Assembly: GCA_965230905.1 (NCBI GenBank)
Contig: OZ246396.1
Span: forward strand, 420,001-452,000
Origin: Candidatus Saccharimonadota bacterium
Lineage (GTDB): Bacteria; Patescibacteriota; Gracilibacteria; UBA1369; 2-02-FULL-48-14
DNA length: 32,000 nt
Reading direction: 5' to 3'
In this document: piece by piece, positions 8,203 to 14,716 of the stretch
Layout of the letters: the number at the start of each line of letters is the position of its first letter
Position numbering within the stretch: the first letter of the stretch is position 1
Made by a program: the position numbers and the translations under genes
The notes under the pieces: generated by a model
The model's database searches: none
What the model was told of the DNA's origin: nothing
What the model saw: only the letters and a program-made list of their open reading frames with translations

Positions 8203-8685
8203 ATGGAACAAAGCACCCCACCACTCGCGGCCCCTGAACAGCTCACCTTGGGCGAACTTAAAGACCAGGCATTTGATATAAAGCGTCAGTTTCACAGAGG
8301 AGAACATGGGCCTGAACTTGTTGAAGCCGCACGGATGGTTTTGTCCCACTCATCAGCTCCCTCTTTGCCCAACCATATTTTAAGGGGCTTAAATCAACTT
8401 GTGGGCGGGGCGGTTCCCGTGGAAATGGTGCGTTCTTGTCGTCAGGCTCCACCTCCAAAGGCTTTCCCTATCCTTATTCAACAGGACAAGACCCACCGTA
8501 ATGCCGTGAGCCGCATACCAGCAGGCCTGAGGGAAAAAGCTGCAGAAAAATCGCCTATATGTGCACCCCACGTACCGGGCTTCCGACCCAGTTCCTTTTG
8601 GGACCAAACCGACCGCACACCGGCTAACCGAGTCGCCAAGTGGGTAGATGGCACAGCTGTGCACAAAGACTGGAGAGCCAAATAA
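8203..8685 (+). CDS. Hypothetical protein (weak call; alternatively a non-coding transcript)
   Basis: The ORF fills the gap between murA and tRNA-Tyr. A plausible promoter, TTGCGG (8164-8169)-16 nt-TAAGAT (8186-8191), sits just upstream of ATG 8203. The product is P/R/H-rich with no motif, and three overlapping ORFs lie on the opposite strand. Confidence 0.35.
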   Translation: MEQSTPPLAAPEQLTLGELKDQAFDIKRQFHRGEHGPELVEAARMVLSHSSAPSLPNHILRGLNQLVGGAVPVEMVRSCRQAPPPKAFPILIQQDKTHRNAVSRIPAGLREKAAEKSPICAPHVPGFRPSSFWDQTDRTPANRVAKWVDGTAVHKDWRAK

Positions 8686-8740
8686 ACGGGATTTTCAAGT
8701 ATTGCGTTATCCGCTGATTTCGCTATAATCGCTCAGCTTT

Positions 8741-8825
8741 GGGCAGGTTCCAGAGTGGCCAAATGGGGCGGACTGTAAATCCGCTGGCTCTGCCTTCGAA
8801 GGTTCGAATCCTTCCCTGCCCACCA
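8741..8825 (+). tRNA. tRNA-Tyr (anticodon GTA), long variable arm, encoded CCA
   Basis: The acceptor is gggcagg/cctgccc and the anticodon loop is ctGTAaa. The T-arm is ggaaggttcgaatccttcc and the 3' end is acca. TATAAT at 8724-8729 lies just upstream. Confidence 0.95.
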
Positions 8826-8831
8826 TTTTTA

Positions 8832-8859
8832 TTGACATTAAAAGATTTGCTGTTAGAAT
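8832..8859 (+). promoter_or_regulatory. Sigma70-like promoter TTGACA-16 nt-TAGAAT (TG-extended) for the SLH/CAP gene
   Basis: ttgaca lies at 8832-8837, tgt at 8851-8853 and tagaat at 8854-8859. The promoter is 10 nt upstream of GTG 8869. Confidence 0.6.
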
Positions 8860-8868
8860 CGACCAGCC

Positions 8869-8937
8869 GTGAAAATCACCCGCGTACTTTTACTCCTCAG
8901 TTTTTTTTGCTTTTCCAAGCAGCGTTCTTGCCTATAA
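8869..8937 (+). pseudogene. Detached 5' fragment encoding the signal-peptide start of the SLH/CAP gene (out of frame with the body)
   Basis: GTG 8869 opens VKITRVLLLLSFF, then reads through the T8 tract (8901-8908) into nonsense and stops at TAA 8935-8937. Removing one T joins it in frame to AFPSSVLAYNDVDEGHTY... Confidence 0.6.
8901..8908 (+). repeat. T8 homopolymer at the frameshift point of the SLH/CAP gene
   Basis: Eight consecutive T residues counted directly from the sequence. Confidence 0.9.
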
Positions 8938-8941
8938 TGAT

Positions 8942-9853
8942 GTGGATGAAGGCCATACTTATGCAGAGGCGATTGAATATTTAAGCGATCAAGGCGTTGT
9001 GGAGGGCTACGATGATGGCAGCTACAAACCTGATCAGGAAATCAATCGGGCGGAGTTTTTGAAGATTGTCATGACGGCAAGAGACCCGACCGTGGCGGGA
9101 AACGCGTATAGTAAAAAATGTTTCCCCGATGTGGATTTAGACGAGTGGTATGCTCCCTATGTTTGCGCAGCGAAAGAACTGGGCATTGTGGAGGGCTACC
9201 CAAGCGGCGACTTCGAACCCGACAGCACCATCAATATGGCGGAGGCTTTGAAAATTACCCTGGGTTCCTATGATTATCCGATCGAGGAAACGGATCCTTG
9301 GTATGAAGGCGTGATGGATCAAGCAGAGGATCTCAAGCTTTTACCAGAAACTTATGAGCGTGCAGACCAGTGGGTGAATCGTGGTGAAATGGCGGAGATT
9401 ATGTACCGCCTGACGGGAGACTATGATTTCACTCAGGAGGGCTTGGATCGGGAGGGGCTGGATGCGATGGAGGAGGAATTCTTAGCCCTGCTCAACGACT
9501 ATCGAGCAGATTTGGGCTTGGATCCGTTGGACGATGATTTGAATTTAAATCGAGCGGCACTTCTGCACTCTGAATGGATGTACGAAACAGGTATTTATAG
9601 TCATGAAGGAAAAAACGGCAGCTCCCACACTCAGCGATGTATCGACTCGGGCACGTATTGTTATGGAGAGATTTTGATGCTTTCCTACAATCCCGATCCT
9701 CAAGGATATTTGGAGGCATGGCAGGGAAGTTTCAGTCACAACGCCACTATGACCCGGTGGTACTACACAGACGTAGGGATTAGCTTTTATGAGGGCTACG
9801 CTACGGTGGTTTTCAGTTTCACTTACGATCCAGGAGTTGACTATGGGTGGTGA
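8942..9853 (+). CDS. Secreted SLH-repeat protein with C-terminal CAP (SCP/PR-1, YkwD-like) domain; N-terminus disrupted by frameshift
   Basis: SLH-type repeats are present (DVDEGHTYAEAIEYLSDQGVVEGYDDGSYKPDQEINRAEFLKIV; FPDVDLDEWYAPYVCAAKELGIVEGYPSGDFEPDSTINMAEALKI). The CAP-like C-terminus is LLNDYRADLGLDPL...LHSEWM...HEGKNG...SHNATM...VGISF. Confidence 0.8.
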   Translation: MDEGHTYAEAIEYLSDQGVVEGYDDGSYKPDQEINRAEFLKIVMTARDPTVAGNAYSKKCFPDVDLDEWYAPYVCAAKELGIVEGYPSGDFEPDSTINMAEALKITLGSYDYPIEETDPWYEGVMDQAEDLKLLPETYERADQWVNRGEMAEIMYRLTGDYDFTQEGLDREGLDAMEEEFLALLNDYRADLGLDPLDDDLNLNRAALLHSEWMYETGIYSHEGKNGSSHTQRCIDSGTYCYGEILMLSYNPDPQGYLEAWQGSFSHNATMTRWYYTDVGISFYEGYATVVFSFTYDPGVDYGW

Positions 9854-9886
9854 GCGTGGGTAAGGTGATCTCTTTAATTTCACCTT

Positions 9887-10594
9887 ATGAACCTCAAACT
9901 TAAATCGCGAGACCAAATGCTCGCCGCAGGAGATGTTTTTATTGCAGATCCTGAAGGCCATCGGAATCCAGATGAACCCTTTGCTTACCTTTGTGAGGGT
10001 TTTAAGGATTACTATATGCAAATTGCGGAACTGGGCGGGCAGAATCGAAATAATTTAGCCGTGCTTTTTCAAGACATTCCTAATGCGGAGTCGCGCCGCA
10101 CTTTGGGGCGCATGCAATCGGATGGGCCCACAATCAGATTGGCTAGAGATTTGCGAGGTGTGTTAGACCCGCTTAAGGAAGCAGCAGCCGTGCCACTTTC
10201 GGAAAAATTAGATATGGTTTTTCGTCCGAGCCCTATCGGTGTTTTTTTAGCGACTCAGCCACTTAAAGGCCGCCTGTGCACCCGAGCAGATTATTTAGTG
10301 GGAGATGATGGAAACGTAGAACTTGCATTTAAGGGTTTCAACTTAGAAAAGATTTTAGGAACCTTAAATTGGTTAGGACACTCAGATTGGAATGAACACA
10401 CGGCGAAAATTTTTGATAAGTATCTTTCCGAAAAAGGTTTCTATACTAATGTTTCACAGCCCACAACTGGCGCCTTTATTCCTAGCGAGATGTCTTGCTT
10501 GCGGGTGTGGCCTATGGGGGAGCCAAGCAGGCATAACAGCTTCCAAGCGGCGTTTGATGCGGTGCAGGAAGCTGAAAGTCGGCTGGCGATCTAA
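9887..10594 (+). CDS. Hypothetical protein
   Basis: This is a 235-aa ORF with no recognisable motif. The ATG follows immediately after a 7-bp hairpin (aaggtga 9862-9868 / tcacctt 9880-9886). Confidence 0.55.
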   Translation: MNLKLKSRDQMLAAGDVFIADPEGHRNPDEPFAYLCEGFKDYYMQIAELGGQNRNNLAVLFQDIPNAESRRTLGRMQSDGPTIRLARDLRGVLDPLKEAAAVPLSEKLDMVFRPSPIGVFLATQPLKGRLCTRADYLVGDDGNVELAFKGFNLEKILGTLNWLGHSDWNEHTAKIFDKYLSEKGFYTNVSQPTTGAFIPSEMSCLRVWPMGEPSRHNSFQAAFDAVQEAESRLAI

Positions 10595-10653
10595 ACTTGC
10601 AGAAGCAGACGGGGCTGCCTATACTACGCAGGCTAAATTCACTTTAGTGGCGG

Positions 10654-10729
10654 GCCATCTTAGCTCAGTTGGTAGAGCGGCGGTATCGTAAACCGCAGGT
10701 CACCGGTTCGATTCCGGTAGATGGCTCCA
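10654..10729 (+). tRNA. tRNA-Thr (anticodon CGT), encoded CCA
   Basis: The acceptor is gccatct/agatggc, the D-arm is gctcagttggtagagc and the anticodon loop is atCGTaa. The T-arm is accggttcgattccggt. Confidence 0.95.
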
Positions 10730-10750
10730 TTAGATTCTGGTGACTTGGAG

Positions 10751-10778
10751 TTGAAAAGATCCTTTTTTGCTATATAAT
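10751..10778 (+). promoter_or_regulatory. Promoter of tRNA-Thr(TGT): TTGAAA-16 nt-TATAAT
   Basis: ttgaaa lies at 10751-10756 and tataat at 10773-10778, 13 nt before the mature 5' end. The 10-mer tataatcgct is shared with the tRNA-Tyr promoter. Confidence 0.55.
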
Positions 10779-10791
10779 CGCTTGGCCCAGC

Positions 10792-10867
10792 GCCACTTTA
10801 GCTCAGCTGGTAGAGCAACGGTTTTGTAAACCGTGGGTCGTCGGTTCGATTCCGACAAGTGGCTCCA
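10792..10867 (+). tRNA. tRNA-Thr (anticodon TGT), encoded CCA
   Basis: The acceptor is gccactt/aagtggc, the anticodon loop is ttTGTaa and the T-arm is gtcggttcgattccgac. Confidence 0.95.
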
Positions 10868-10872
10868 TTTTT
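10859..10872 (+). repeat. 14-nt direct repeat, copy 1 (3' end of tRNA-Thr(TGT) plus 5 trailing T)
   Basis: gtggctccattttt is identical to 11482-11495. Confidence 0.85.
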
Positions 10873-10943
10873 GGCATCTCGATCTGTTCAATAAAGTTAT
10901 TTTTTGGTATAATTACAAGATTTTACTATTCCATTCTATAAAA

Positions 10944-11336
10944 GTGGGTAAAAAACTAAACCTTGGCGTCGTTGGCTACTGCCCTCCTTCACGTTTTGAT
11001 GAAACAACAGCTAGAGATCTGGTGAAAAAAGGGTTTGACGCACTTGCTACAGCCCATCCCGATGCCGAAATTACTGTAGTATCAGGGCTAACCAATGTGG
11101 GTGTATTGAAAATTGCTTACGAAGAAGCACGAGACCGGGGTTGGCGTACCGTAGGTATTGCTTGTAAAAAAGCAGCAGATTATGAACTTTTTCCCGTTGA
11201 TGAAGTAAGAATTGTTGGCGAAAATTGGGGAGATGAGAGTGCAACATTCGTCAGCTCAGTTGATGCGATGTTGAGAGTGGGAGGCGGTCCTCAATCAAAA
11301 CGTGAAGCTGAGTTAGTAAGGGCAGGGGGGGGGTGA
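10944..11336 (+). CDS. Small SLOG-superfamily (LOG/DprA/DUF2493-like Rossmann) protein, apparently truncated at a G9 tract
   Basis: The GTG at 10944 (VGKKLNLGVVGYC) is the first start clear of the tRNA. VVSGLTNVGVLKIAYEEARDRGWRTVGIA resembles the DprA/LOG GxxxGxD..A..A helix. VGGGPQSKREAE resembles the LOG PGGxGTxxE motif. The ORF stops right after G9 (11325-11333). Confidence 0.55.
   Translation: MGKKLNLGVVGYCPPSRFDETTARDLVKKGFDALATAHPDAEITVVSGLTNVGVLKIAYEEARDRGWRTVGIACKKAADYELFPVDEVRIVGENWGDESATFVSSVDAMLRVGGGPQSKREAELVRAGGG
11325..11333 (+). repeat. G9 homopolymer at the 3' end of the SLOG gene
   Basis: Nine consecutive G residues counted directly. This tract is unusually long for this window. 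Confidence 0.9.
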
Positions 11337-11409
11337 AGTTCTTGAATATGAGCTTGAATTGATCACAGATGGAACTCGCGAATTGGTCGGTAAAGTACTT
11401 GAGGGCTGA
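11332..11409 (+). pseudogene. Out-of-frame 3' continuation of the SLOG gene
   Basis: The frame +1 reads GEVLEYELELITDGTRELVGKVLEG and stops at 11407-11409. It would join the SLOG ORF if the G tract were 8 nt. Confidence 0.45.
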
Positions 11410-11481
11410 ATTTGGATGAAAGGATACTGCTTCTCCTCACGACAAAACCCAAATACAAACATAAAATAAGTTGAAAACATT

Positions 11482-11495
11482 GTGGCTCCATTTTT
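11482..11495 (+). repeat. 14-nt direct repeat, copy 2
   Basis: gtggctccattttt duplicates the 3' end of tRNA-Thr(TGT). It overlaps the stop codon of the phosphoesterase gene. Confidence 0.85.
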
Positions 11496-12507
11496 AACTT
11501 AGGTCCCAATGGAACCCTTCCACTCTGTGATCAGGGTAAAGCCACGCCGCAGCACACTGGGTATTTGCGGGGTTTCGGCCATAAGAGGAGTCTAAGCCAA
11601 ATAATTTCACCTTGGGGTGCGTCGTCCAAAGTCCACGGCTTTCGTAGTCGTGACCAAAAAATACCTTTAAAACTCCTTTGGCTTTGAGCTTGCCCCAGAT
11701 GGGATCCTTTTCAGTGGGTACTTTTGTAATACGATTGTCAGGATGCAAAAAGAGGCGGTAGGCTTCGTTGACCCTCTTTGCGTCTTCGTCAGTACTTCGT
11801 TCTGCGTTTTTTTGTCTCCAGGAAAGGCCCACGGCTTTCTGGAAAAGCGGGTTTAGAGTTCCCTTGTCGTCAATGATGATCCTTAGCATTTCTTTTGTTG
11901 GGGGCGTGTGAAGGAATAAGCTGCTGCCGTGAATCGCAAAAAGCTCCAGATTAGCGAAATATCGCATGACTTCTCGACCTCTACTGGACATTTTAAAACG
12001 CCCCAGGAAGGGATCCTTCCCTGTAGGAGAAATGAGACCCTCTCGTTGCTGACGAAGCTCTTCAAGAGTTCGGCTTGAACCTGTTCGCATGGCGGACACG
12101 GCACCTAAGAGCGTCCCTAGTCCTACGTATGGTTTAGATATTCTTTTCTCTTCATTGGGATCTTCCTCGTCTAATTCGTTTCTTATTTTGTAGCAGAAAT
12201 TTCTAGGGTCTTTCGTTAAAAACCGGTGCCCCATGGCTTCATGATTTCCCATCAAGCTCGTGCAAGAACCACCGGCCGCGCGTACCTGTTCACGAAGGCG
12301 ATTGATGCTTGCGGCCACTTCAAAGTCATCTGTACCACGGTCAGCAAGGGCATCGCCTAGAAAAACCAGGTCTGTGTCTGTATGTTTCCAATTTCCCTGT
12401 GGGTCGATGGCACCGGCTCCCAGCAAGTTGCCCTCCAAAGCTTTATGAGTCCCGTGAAGATCTGCGATGACTAGGGTGCGACGGGGGACTAAATCAGGGA
12501 TTTTCAT
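11494..12507 (-). CDS. PPP-family metallophosphoesterase (Ser/Thr phosphatase / ApaH-like)
   Basis: The ordered signature motifs are present: LVIADLHG (DxHG), FLGDALADRG (GDxxDRG), GNHE, and a C-terminal FFGHDYES. A long insertion follows the GNHE motif. Confidence 0.8.
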   Translation of the reverse strand: MKIPDLVPRRTLVIADLHGTHKALEGNLLGAGAIDPQGNWKHTDTDLVFLGDALADRGTDDFEVAASINRLREQVRAAGGSCTSLMGNHEAMGHRFLTKDPRNFCYKIRNELDEEDPNEEKRISKPYVGLGTLLGAVSAMRTGSSRTLEELRQQREGLISPTGKDPFLGRFKMSSRGREVMRYFANLELFAIHGSSLFLHTPPTKEMLRIIIDDKGTLNPLFQKAVGLSWRQKNAERSTDEDAKRVNEAYRLFLHPDNRITKVPTEKDPIWGKLKAKGVLKVFFGHDYESRGLWTTHPKVKLFGLDSSYGRNPANTQCAAAWLYPDHRVEGFHWDLS

Positions 12508-12589
12508 TGGGTTCCGCGAGGTTTGTGAATTATACTAAAATATAAAATTGCTTCTGTCAATTTTTACTGTTAAGCTATGCTGCATTCTT

Positions 12590-13294
12590 ATGAACGTTTT
12601 TAAACCCGACCGATTGCTCACCTCAGGGGCGGAGCATGAGGTTTATATTCAGAATCGGCAAGGCAGTCCGGCGGTGCTCAAGGCGCCGGCGAGCTGGTCG
12701 TGGTGGCAGGACATGAGCGCGGAAACCGCTCAGGCTGATTTGGATGCGCTGCAGGAGTATGGCATTCGCCACGTGCCCACTCGGGTCCACCCCAATGTGC
12801 TGCTGGAGGGCTTGGACGGCACGCGCAAAGAGCTAAGCTACGTGCTTGAGCAGCCTTTTAAAGAAGCGCGGCCGGTGACTGTGGCCGACTTGAGGAATCC
12901 AGCTATTGGGAGCCAATTGGCGGAGATGTTCGAGCGGAGCCAGGATTTGTATCGGGGAACGGGGCGGAGTGTGGATTATGTGGGATTTGCCGCCCTTGTG
13001 GGTTTGATGCGCAGTCTGCATAAGGAAAAACTCGAGGTGGCTATTCACAATGTTTTAGTTACGGAGGAAGCGGACAAACCGGTTGTGGAGCTGTGTGACA
13101 CGCGGCTGTTTAGGGCGGAGGGATTTGCCTTGCCGCTGCGATGGGCTTTAATGCGATCCAACAACCTGCAACACGATATGGTTGGCCGGGCACTGAAAAC
13201 GGCGGGTTACCCCAATGTGCGTGCCTCCACGGAGTGGCTGCCTGAGCTGGTGGGGCGCACTCTCTACGCGGGTATACAAAACAAGCTGGAGTAG
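12590..13294 (+). CDS. Protein-kinase-like fold protein (Bud32/RIO/Kdo-like), possibly catalytically degenerate
   Basis: SGAEHEVY resembles the Gly-rich loop, AVLK the VAIK-type Lys, and YVLEQPF the hinge. The catalytic-loop position reads AIHNVLV (no HxD Asp), and ELCDTRLF sits at the DFG position. I prefer the ATG at 12590, since a TTGCTT-17-TAAGCT promoter ends at about 12577. Confidence 0.4.
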   Translation: MNVFKPDRLLTSGAEHEVYIQNRQGSPAVLKAPASWSWWQDMSAETAQADLDALQEYGIRHVPTRVHPNVLLEGLDGTRKELSYVLEQPFKEARPVTVADLRNPAIGSQLAEMFERSQDLYRGTGRSVDYVGFAALVGLMRSLHKEKLEVAIHNVLVTEEADKPVVELCDTRLFRAEGFALPLRWALMRSNNLQHDMVGRALKTAGYPNVRASTEWLPELVGRTLYAGIQNKLE

Positions 13295-13307
13295 TTAAAA
13301 TACAGGC

Positions 13308-14177
13308 GTGGACATTGAAACAAAAATTCGTGAAGACGCTCCGTTGGCGCCGTTTTGCACCTTTCAAATTGGCGGCCTCGCGGATAGTTTTTTAGAGGCA
13401 AAATCAACAGAAGAGGTTTTGGCGGGGATTGAATGGGCCGAGGAACGGGACATGCCGGTATTTGTGTTTAGCGGCGGCAGCAATTTGCTTTTTGATGATG
13501 GTGGTTTTCGCGGGCTGGTGATTCGGGTGAAATCGGCTGGTTTGAAAGTGGAAGGCGAGGAGATTCATGCGGACAGCGGAGTTATAATGGCGAAAGTGGT
13601 TTTGGCGGCTCTGGAAGCGGGCTTAACCGGCATGGAAGAATGGAATGGATTGCCCGGCAGTGTGGGCGGAGCGGTGTATGGAAATGCGGGGTGTTTTGGA
13701 ATGGAGACCAAGGATGTTTTAAAAAGCGCGACGGTTTTTGTACCGGGCGAGGGCGTGAAAACCGTGACGGCGGCCGAGCTGGAGTACGACTATCGGCAGT
13801 CGCGGCTGAAAAAAGAGGGCGGAGTGGTTTTGAGTGCGGTGTTTAAATTACGCGCCGGTGACAAAACGGCGATCCAAGAAAAAATGCGGGAAATTGCCAA
13901 AAGCCGCATACAAAAACAGCCGGCCGGAAGCAGCACGGGTTCGTTCTTTAAAAATCCGCCGGGGGACTTTGCGGGGCGACTTATTGAGGCAGTGGGACTC
14001 AAAGGAAAACGGCTGGGGAAAGCGCAGATTTCTGAGCAGCATGCGAATTTCTTTTTGAACACGGGCGGGGCGAGCGCGGGTGAAATTTTGGAGCTGGCGG
14101 CGCTGGCCGAGGCAGAGGTTTTTAAACAATTTGGCGTGAAACTGGAGCGGGAAGTGGTCTTTGTGGCTAGTGAGTGA
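13308..14177 (+). CDS. murB: UDP-N-acetylenolpyruvoylglucosamine reductase
   Basis: The protein resembles MurB over its full length (FQIGGLADSF, FVFSGGSNLLFDD, GLPGSVGGAVYGNAGCFG, SSTGSFFKNP, ISEQHANFFLN). It has a GTG start. Confidence 0.95.
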   Translation: MDIETKIREDAPLAPFCTFQIGGLADSFLEAKSTEEVLAGIEWAEERDMPVFVFSGGSNLLFDDGGFRGLVIRVKSAGLKVEGEEIHADSGVIMAKVVLAALEAGLTGMEEWNGLPGSVGGAVYGNAGCFGMETKDVLKSATVFVPGEGVKTVTAAELEYDYRQSRLKKEGGVVLSAVFKLRAGDKTAIQEKMREIAKSRIQKQPAGSSTGSFFKNPPGDFAGRLIEAVGLKGKRLGKAQISEQHANFFLNTGGASAGEILELAALAEAEVFKQFGVKLEREVVFVASE

Positions 14178-14237
14178 AACTTGCAAGGCCTTAAAAAAGC
14201 TGCTTAAATGGCGAGTGAATTGCACTAACCCCACGCT

Positions 14238-14678
14238 ATGCAAGTTAAAGCATTAGTTAAACACCAAATTTTCCGCGAACTTTTGATTTTCGCAGGACTT
14301 TTGGGAGCCGCTCTTCTTATTTCTCAGGTTCTTCCTAACCTAGCTTTTGCTAGCAACGGATTCATCACTCCTGAAGACAATCCAGATATCATCAGCAACG
14401 CGACCAACAATGAAAGCGACTTCAAATCTTTGGCGCTCACTATTTTGAACTACTTCCTTGGATTCCTTGGATTCGTATCTGTAATCATGGTGATTTACGG
14501 AGGTATTTTGTACGTGACTTCTGCCGGAAACGACGACAACGTAGGAAAAGCAAAAAAGATTTTGCTCTACGCAGCAACGGGTATCGTTCTCATCTTGGTA
14601 TCATTCGCTCTGGTCAACACCATCCTCGGTGCTGCACTTGGCGGAGCCTCTGATGGAGGAACCACTACGATTCAGTAA
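14238..14678 (+). CDS. T4SS-pilin-like (TrbC/VirB2-type) small membrane protein of the kind common in CPR genomes
   Basis: It has a signal/TM segment followed by LALTILNYFLGFLGFVSVIMVIYGGILYVTSAGNDDNVGKAKKILLYAATGIVLILVSFALVNTIL. This is two TM helices around the conserved G-G-x-x-Y-x-T-S-x-G...AKK motif. Confidence 0.7.
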   Translation: MQVKALVKHQIFRELLIFAGLLGAALLISQVLPNLAFASNGFITPEDNPDIISNATNNESDFKSLALTILNYFLGFLGFVSVIMVIYGGILYVTSAGNDDNVGKAKKILLYAATGIVLILVSFALVNTILGAALGGASDGGTTTIQ

Positions 14679-14716
14679 TCAGACCCGACAGGGTCCTATC
14701 AATAAGCATTTAAAAG

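Noticed and set aside
8164-8700. RNase P RNA (type A) assignment for the murA/tRNA-Tyr gap
   Set aside because: Several strings resemble conserved regions CR-I to CR-V in the correct order. However, the 5' and 3' candidates for helix P4 are not complementary on either strand, and I could not build P1. I kept it only as an unclassified possible RNA in the findings.
9862-9886. Hairpin aaggtga/tcacctt as a terminator of the SLH/CAP gene or a translational switch for 9887
   Set aside because: The stem is only 7 bp with no T-run. The SD-like arm is too far (19 nt) from the ATG to argue for RBS sequestration, so I mention it only in the feature evidence.
10392-10943. ORFs 10392-10691 and the first 37 codons of 10833-11336
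   Set aside because: They run through the two tRNA-Thr genes. The first start codon clear of the tRNA in the second ORF is GTG 10944.
11325-11345. Alternative genetic code (UGA read as Gly, as in some CPR lineages) as an explanation for the stop after the G9 tract
   Set aside because: Reading through the TGA codons in that frame gives an implausible peptide. Many well-conserved genes in the window end correctly at TGA or have no in-frame TGA, which is consistent with the standard code.
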